DNA of 64,000 bases from a bacterium. GTDB taxonomy: Bacteria > UBA8248. A program made the position numbers and the translations under genes. Position 1 is the stretch's first letter; every line of letters starts with the position of its first letter. The stretch lies in contig CBDCRP010000002.1 in assembly GCA_965221165.1 (NCBI GenBank), positions 1,248,001-1,312,000 of the forward strand, written 5' to 3'. The notes beneath the pieces are model-generated. The model made no database searches. It worked only from the letters and a program-made list of their open reading frames with translations, and had not been told where the DNA came from. Below, in pieces: positions 58,304-64,000 of the stretch.

Positions 58304-59719
58304 TCAAGATTCGATCGTGTGTTTGGACAGGACGCCCTCGGACTTGCCGCGCGGGACGAATTGGCCGTAGCCCGGTTGTTGCATGAGCTCCCCCTCTCTG
58401 AGGACCACCTTTCCGCGCAGGAGGCTGAGCACCAGCCGGCCGCTGAGCTCCCATCCCTCGAAGAGCGAGTAGTCGGAATTCGTGTGCTGCCCCGCCGCCG
58501 TCACTCTCGAACTCCCTTCGGGGTCGATGACGACGAGGTCGGCGTCGGAGCCGACGAGAAGCGCTCCTTTCTGCGGGTAGAGACCCAGTACGCGCGCCGG
58601 ATTCTCGCTCGTGAGCTGCACGAGGCGCTCGGCCGTAATCCTCCCGCGCGCGACGCCCTCGCTATAGAGAACCGGAAGGAGGGTCTCGATGCCGGGCGCC
58701 CCGTAGGGCGACTCGGTGAAGGGCGGGCCGTTCTTCAGCGCCAGGGAGTAGGGGGCGTGATCGCTCCCGATGAGGTGGATCCATCCGTCCTGGATGCCCT
58801 TCCAGAGAGCGGAGACGTCCGCCTCCTCCCGCAGCGGAGGCGCCACCTTGGCCAGGCTTCCCCGCTCCCGAACGGCCTCTCCCGTAAGGGTCAGATACTG
58901 CGGGCAGGTTTCCACGACGACGTCCTTCCCGGCCGCCATCCCGCGCCGCGCCTCATCGAGGGCCTGCGCTGAGGTGAGGTGAACGATGTAGAGCGGGCAG
59001 CCGGCCAGATCGGCCAGATGGATCGATTTCGCGACCGACTCGGCCTCAAGCTCCGGCGGGCGCGAGTACTCCAGGAAATCGGCCCCGTCCATTCCTGCGC
59101 CCAAGGCCTTGTTCTCCAGGTAGTCGATGACCATGCCGTTTTCGGCGTGGACGAGCACGGTGCCGCCGTGACGCCCCACGATATCGAGCGCGGCGTAGAA
59201 GTAGTCGTCCGGGATGCAGCGGCCCCAGCCCCGCTTCCGGTAGCCCATCATGACCTTGAAGGTCGTGACGCCGCTGTCGATGGCTTTTGGTATCTCGGCG
59301 AGGTAGTCAAAGTCCTCGAAGATCCAGGCGTGCAGCGAGAAGTCGACGACGCTCCCCGCTTCGCCCTCCTCGCGGCAACGCTGCAGCGTGGTGAGCATGG
59401 TCTCGTTCTCCTCGCCCGTGGCGAAGGCGACCATGGTCGTGACGCCTCCGTGCGCGGCGCTCCGCGCAACGTCGGACAGGGAATCGACATGGTTGGAATA
59501 CGCCCTGAAGTGGACGTGGGGGTCGATGACGCCCGGAAGAACGAGCTTGCCCGTAACATCCAGGACCTCTTCTGCGGCCGGCATATTTTCCGGCGCGCCC
59601 ACACAGGCGACCCTCCCGTCCCGAACGCCGAGAGCGGCCTCCTGCCGTCCGTGACCGGATACGATTACGCCGCCTTTCACAAGCAGGTCGAGCGGTTTGT
59701 GGTGGGACCTATCCGTCAT
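58304..59719 (-). CDS. Cyclic amidohydrolase (dihydropyrimidinase/allantoinase-like)
   Basis: PG.IDPHVH, TFK, VHAEN, IVH, ETCPQYL, PPLR, SDHAP, S.NPA...G..P.KG, GSDAD. Confidence 0.9.
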   Translation of the reverse strand: MTDRSHHKPLDLLVKGGVIVSGHGRQEAALGVRDGRVACVGAPENMPAAEEVLDVTGKLVLPGVIDPHVHFRAYSNHVDSLSDVARSAAHGGVTTMVAFATGEENETMLTTLQRCREEGEAGSVVDFSLHAWIFEDFDYLAEIPKAIDSGVTTFKVMMGYRKRGWGRCIPDDYFYAALDIVGRHGGTVLVHAENGMVIDYLENKALGAGMDGADFLEYSRPPELEAESVAKSIHLADLAGCPLYIVHLTSAQALDEARRGMAAGKDVVVETCPQYLTLTGEAVRERGSLAKVAPPLREEADVSALWKGIQDGWIHLIGSDHAPYSLALKNGPPFTESPYGAPGIETLLPVLYSEGVARGRITAERLVQLTSENPARVLGLYPQKGALLVGSDADLVVIDPEGSSRVTAAGQHTNSDYSLFEGWELSGRLVLSLLRGKVVLREGELMQQPGYGQFVPRGKSEGVLSKHTIES

Positions 59720-60106
59720 GAAAACCTCCCTTGCGGACTCTCGCCGGCGCCGGAACAAACAGCCGCTTCACGCCGACTCCACCCTTTGTGAAATGACCCG
59801 GCAATGAAGCGGTAATCGAACTTTGATACTTCAACTGATTAAGACGAAGTATACCACAAAACCCGGGTGCATCGCCCGTCAATGGCGAATTGCTAATTCA
59901 CCACCCAAAGGCTCCGAAAACGCCTATGAAGGGGGCCTTACGGGTCGGTGGGGGCGTGGTGTGAGGCGGGAAGGTTATCGGTCTCCCCGGATAAGGCCCC
60001 ACACTGCCTGATCAGGAATTCGCCATGGACAGGTCGATTGGAGTTAAGCTCAAAAGTGGTGTATGGCCGTAGCTGAAGGGGTGGCGTTTCCTGCTGGTTT
60101 TTAACT

Positions 60107-60280
60107 GGAATTATATACATGACTAGCCAGCCCCTTTGGTGGATATTTAGATCGAAACTACTCAAGAGGATTTTAGATGGCGACTGAGGCAAATGAGCAA
60201 ACGATAAGCAATTGGGAGTTTTACAGGCACTTTCCCGATGAGGAAGCGGCCACGGAGTGGTTTGAGAAACAACGCTGTTT
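60107..60280 (+). mobile_element. IS1595-family transposase remnant
   Basis: ATG 60177: MATEANEQTISNWEFYRHFPDEEAATEWFEKQR resembles the IS1595 N-terminus (FPDE.AA..WFE..RW), then loses similarity; candidate end GGAATTATATACAT at 60107. Confidence 0.6.
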
Positions 60281-60479
60281 GACCCGAAGGACGCCGTCCC
60301 GTATTCTGCGTGCATGGCATAAATCGAAATGACGGCTCCCTTGCCCCCAAAGAGGTCGACGGAAGAGAGACCCTTCGCCGGGACGCCCTTCCGCGGGAGA
60401 GCGTTGCATTGATAGGTGCGCCGCTTTGCTCTGAGAGCGGGCCTTGAGGTCGTGAGCGCCTAGCTGGAGGCCGAGCACA

Positions 60480-60962
60480 GTGAAGCGATTCCAATGGGAG
60501 ACGTGGGTCGGGCTTGCCGTTCTCGCCCTCAGTCTGGCCGGACTGGCGCTGATACCCAGCCAGGTGCTGATCCGCAAGGTGGGGGAGCGGACCATCCCGT
60601 TCCCGCCCGGCGCCTTTCCCTTTCTTGCCCTCTCCGTTCTGGCGCTCATGGCCGCCCTGATGGCCGCGCGAAACTGGTTCTCCCCCTCCTCCGGGCGTGA
60701 GAGCCTTCCCGGCGGGCCGCTTCGAACCCGCGCCCTGGCGCCGGTCGCCACCTTCGCCCTCTACATCCTCCTCGTCGAGTGGTTCGGTATGCTACCCGCC
60801 ACCCTCGTCGCGGTCGCCCTGTTCGCCTTTCTGCTCGGGATGCGGGAATGGCGGACCATCGCGCTGCTCGCTTTGCTCACCCCGCTCTTCATCTGGGTCT
60901 TCTTCGGCCGTTTCCTGGGCGTCGTGCTGCCGGAAGGCAGGCTTTCGGGCGGGGTCTTCTAA
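60480..60962 (+). CDS. tctB: Tripartite tricarboxylate transporter TctB
   Basis: PG.FP, four TM segments, F...LGV.LP.G. Confidence 0.85.
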   Translation: MKRFQWETWVGLAVLALSLAGLALIPSQVLIRKVGERTIPFPPGAFPFLALSVLALMAALMAARNWFSPSSGRESLPGGPLRTRALAPVATFALYILLVEWFGMLPATLVAVALFAFLLGMREWRTIALLALLTPLFIWVFFGRFLGVVLPEGRLSGGVF

Positions 60963-60963
60963 A

Positions 60964-62469
60964 ATGTGGGCCCAGCTGGCGCAAGGCCTGCTCCTGTGCC
61001 TGCGCTTCGACGTGCTCGGGGTCCTGGTGCTCGGAATGTCGCTGGGGATCGTGGTGGGCGGCCTGCCCGGCCTCACGGCCGCCATGGCGGTGGCGGTTCT
61101 GCTGCCGATCTCCTTCTTCGTCGAACCCGTTCTGGGTATTCCCTTCCTCCTGGCCATCACGAAGGGAGCGATATTCGGCGGATCGATACCCGCGATTCTG
61201 ATCAACACGCCGGGCACGGGCGCGGCCGCGGCCACCGTCCTGGACGGCTACCCCCTCGCCCAGCAGGGAAAGGCGAGAAAGGCCCTCGAGATGGCGCTCT
61301 ATTCCTCCGTCATCGGGGACACCTTCAGCGATCTCGTCACCATCTTCATAGCGGGCGCCATCGCGGCGGTCGCCATCCTGGTGGGCCCCCCGGAATATTT
61401 CGCCATCTTCGTCTTCAGCTTCGCCATCATCAGCTGCGTCACGGGCCGCTCGGTGATTCGGGGGCTGATGTCCGCCGCCCTCGGGCTGTTTCTGAGCTCG
61501 GTCGGCCTCGACCCCCTGATCGGGGTGCGGCGCTTCACCTTCGGTTCGGTGGACCTGACCGGGGGAATCTCGTTCATCGCGATGCTGATCGGAATCTTCG
61601 CGCTCTCGGAGATCCTCCTCTACGGAGAGAAGTCCCGAGAGGAGCGAAACACCGAGGACGAGATGCGCAAGACCGCGTGGCGCGCCGAGGGCAACGAACC
61701 CCTGACCCTGGAGGAGTTCAAGAGCTGCGGCCGGACGATCTCCCGCTCGGCGGTGGTCGGCACGATCATCGGCGCGATACCGGGCCTGGGTCAGGTGGTG
61801 TCCGCGTTCGTCTCCTACGGTCTGGCGTACCGTAGGTCCAAGGAGCCCGAGCGGTTCGGGAAAGGATCGCTGGAGGGGGTGGCTGCCGCCGAGACCGGCA
61901 ACAACGCGGTCAACGGTTCGAGCCTCATCCCCCTGCTCAGCTTCGGCATCCCGGGCGACATCGTGACCGCGGTGCTCTTCGCCGCCTTCCTGGTGCAGGG
62001 GCTCAGGCCGGGGCCGCGCCTCTTCGAGGATCACGGCGCGATCGTGTACAGCATCCTGATCGCCATGCTGCTCTGCAACGTCCTCATGCTGGTCCTCGGG
62101 TTCTTCAGCCTGCGCTACGTGGCCCTGATCGCGCGGTTTCCGAAGAGGGCGGTCTTCCCCGTGGTGGCGGCGTTCTGCGTGGTGGGGACATACGCCCTGA
62201 ACAACAGCTTCTTCGACGTGAAGGTGATGCTGGTTTTCGGGGTGGTGGGCTATTTTCTTCGAAAATTCGATTTCCCGGTCGCCCCCCTGATCATTACCTT
62301 CATTCTCGGGCGGGCGTTCGAGTCTTCCCTCGGACAATCGCTCATTATGGGAGACGGCGACCCCTCCCTGTTCGTCCGCAGGCCTATTTCGCTCGTCTTC
62401 ATTTTGCTGGCCGCAGGTGTCGTCGTCTGGGGCGCCCGCCGCCGATCCCCGCTGGCCGGCGATGAATGA
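60964..62469 (+). CDS. tctA: Tripartite tricarboxylate transporter TctA
   Basis: G.LPGL, GGSIPAIL.N.PG, DGYP.A..G, GPPEYF, FGKGS.EGV.A.E..NNA, GIPG. Confidence 0.93.
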   Translation: MWAQLAQGLLLCLRFDVLGVLVLGMSLGIVVGGLPGLTAAMAVAVLLPISFFVEPVLGIPFLLAITKGAIFGGSIPAILINTPGTGAAAATVLDGYPLAQQGKARKALEMALYSSVIGDTFSDLVTIFIAGAIAAVAILVGPPEYFAIFVFSFAIISCVTGRSVIRGLMSAALGLFLSSVGLDPLIGVRRFTFGSVDLTGGISFIAMLIGIFALSEILLYGEKSREERNTEDEMRKTAWRAEGNEPLTLEEFKSCGRTISRSAVVGTIIGAIPGLGQVVSAFVSYGLAYRRSKEPERFGKGSLEGVAAAETGNNAVNGSSLIPLLSFGIPGDIVTAVLFAAFLVQGLRPGPRLFEDHGAIVYSILIAMLLCNVLMLVLGFFSLRYVALIARFPKRAVFPVVAAFCVVGTYALNNSFFDVKVMLVFGVVGYFLRKFDFPVAPLIITFILGRAFESSLGQSLIMGDGDPSLFVRRPISLVFILLAAGVVVWGARRRSPLAGDE

Positions 62470-62537
62470 GGAGGGTTTCACCATATCGGGGCGCATGATT
62501 TCAGAGAAGGCAGGAACAACACACAGGAGGAACTTCC

Positions 62538-63503
62538 ATGAAACGACTCTCGGCAGTTTTGCTCATCGCGGCCATGGCTCTCTGGCTGGCGCCAACCCAC
62601 GCGGGGGCCGCGAAGTTCCCGAACAAGCCCGTCCGGTTGGTCATCCCCTATTCGCCGGGCGGCTCGCACGACGCGCACGCGCGCGCCTTCGCGAGCGTCA
62701 TGGAACCCTATCTGGGCCAACCCATGCTCGCGGTCATTCGGGCGGGCGGCGGCGGCTCCATCGGAGCGAGCTTCGTGGCCCGCGCGCGGGCGGACGGGCA
62801 CACCATGATCCTGGGCGACCAGCAGAGCATCCTGGTGAAGCCTCTCCTGGAGAGCCTTCCCTATTCCTCGGCGTCCTTCGTGCCGGTGGGGCGAATCAAC
62901 TACAGCCCCCTTCTTATTACCGTGAAGAAAGACGCCCCCTGGAAGAACCTCCGCGATCTGATCGAGGACGCCAAGCGCAGGCCGGGCAAGATCTCCTTCG
63001 GGGGCGTCCCCGGCCTGGGGGTGGACCAGATTCCCATGGAGCTTCTCTCGCTGAAGGCGGGCATCAAGCTGAAGTTCGTTCCGTTCCAAGGCGGCGGCCC
63101 CACCTGGCAGGCCTTCCTCGGCGGGCACATCGACATCGCCCCCGCCTTCGCCTCCACGGTGATGCCCTCTCTTTCCAAGGGAACGGTCCGCGTTCTCGCT
63201 ATAACCGCGCCGGACCGGCTACCCCAGCTTCCCAACCTGCCCACCATGAAGGAGCAGGGCTACGACGTCCAATTCGCCATGTTCCGGACGGTCTTTGCGT
63301 CCAAGAAGACGCCCGCGGACATCCTGGCGAAGCTCCGGGCGGCCTTCGACAAGGGAGTGAAGGACAAATCCTTCCAATCCATGGTGAAGCGCATGGGCGA
63401 GCGGGTGATCTACATGAGCGGAAAGGACTTCGAATCCTTCATGGTGGAAGAAAACAGCAATATGAAGGCGCTCGTGGACAAGCTCGTGAAGAAGAAGAAA
63501 TAG
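62538..63503 (+). CDS. tctC: Tripartite tricarboxylate transporter substrate-binding protein TctC/Bug
   Basis: FP.KP...VIPY.PGG..D..AR, G.GG..G, ADG.T, VPF.GGG, P.LPT.KE.G. Confidence 0.92.
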   Translation: MKRLSAVLLIAAMALWLAPTHAGAAKFPNKPVRLVIPYSPGGSHDAHARAFASVMEPYLGQPMLAVIRAGGGGSIGASFVARARADGHTMILGDQQSILVKPLLESLPYSSASFVPVGRINYSPLLITVKKDAPWKNLRDLIEDAKRRPGKISFGGVPGLGVDQIPMELLSLKAGIKLKFVPFQGGGPTWQAFLGGHIDIAPAFASTVMPSLSKGTVRVLAITAPDRLPQLPNLPTMKEQGYDVQFAMFRTVFASKKTPADILAKLRAAFDKGVKDKSFQSMVKRMGERVIYMSGKDFESFMVEENSNMKALVDKLVKKKK

Positions 63504-63684
63504 CCGCTTGGCGGAAGTTGCGCGAGGCCGACAAAGGCCCCCGGCCCCTCCCCGGCACCCGGGGCGGGCCGGGGGCTCGGAGTGAAGTCCGCTTTCCAAA
63601 TCGCTGCTCTCGGGCCTCTAACCACCTAGCGGGAACGCGGCCGATCCCGGCGAAATTGCGTGTGTTCCGAACCTGCTGCGCGCG

Positions 63685-64000
63685 TCATATTCTCCCGGAC
63701 GCCATGGCGGCGCCCTCGGCCAACGCCGCGAACTTGACGTAGACGATGTCGGGATCGACCGATCCGAAACCGGCGAACGTCCCGAACCCGCAGTCGGTTC
63801 CGGCGATGACCCGCTCCGGACCCACGAGCTCCACGAAGCGCCCGATCCGCTGCGCGACAAGCTCCGGATGCTCCACGAAGTTGCTCGTCGAGTCGATGAC
63901 TCCGGGCACGAGGATCATCTCGTCGGGGATCTCGGCCCGCCGGTCGCGAAATACGGTCCATTCGTGCTCGTGCCGCGGGTTGGCGTTCTCGAACAGGACG
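63685..64000 (-). CDS. Partial cobalamin-independent methionine synthase II (MetE-like) family protein
   Basis: ANPRHEHEW, LVPGVID..SNFVEHPELVAQRI, VIAGTDCGFGTF; runs in from the right edge. Confidence 0.88.
   Translation of the reverse strand, partial: VLFENANPRHEHEWTVFRDRRAEIPDEMILVPGVIDSTSNFVEHPELVAQRIGRFVELVGPERVIAGTDCGFGTFAGFGSVDPDIVYVKFAALAEGAAMASGRI

Noticed and set aside
1-64000. Genome-wide TGA reassignment (genetic code 4 or 25) to explain the in-frame TGAs
   Set aside because: Many genes here end at TGA at their expected C-termini (mqnE, thrB, hipB, hipA, OCD), so TGA is a normal stop.

Overview
A GC-rich bacterial chromosomal segment of mostly metabolic and transport genes; no rRNA, tRNA or CRISPR array was seen. 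From left to right it holds: (1) a minus-strand operon mqnE, mqnA fused in frame to an amidase, an alpha/beta hydrolase and a CyaC-like His-rich membrane protein (partial, missing from the ORF track); (2) a circularly permuted ATP-grasp / alpha-E / transglutaminase triad, an outer-membrane beta-barrel and a PD-(D/E)XK nuclease-like gene; (3) a TRAP transporter with enlarged DctQ and DctM; (4) a repeat-rich region with a hidden decayed DsrE-like UxxC gene, an M23 peptidase, a ~1200-aa ankyrin lipoprotein and a 401-bp MITE; (5) enzymes including a haloalkane dehalogenase-like protein, tandem SDR paralogues, thrB, pncA and a cupin-PrpD-CoA ligase-crotonase-MFS operon; (6) hipBA with four phased operators and an ATA at the expected hipA start; (7) a ThDP enzyme preceded by a crotonase with an in-frame TGA at the conserved Cys and a SECIS-like hairpin; (8) an apparent island with a Liv-type ABC transporter and a triple-domain RidA; (9) TAXI and Tct transporters, a luciferase-like monooxygenase, a cyclic amidohydrolase, IS remnants and a partial MetE-like gene. 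The ankyrin protein and the transporter load suggest a marine host-associated (e.g. sponge) bacterium, which is inference only. The best leads are the two TGA-at-Cys loci (possible selenocysteine) and the mqn operon with its fusion and putative heme redox-sensing cyclase. All calls come from reading motifs by eye; no searches were run.
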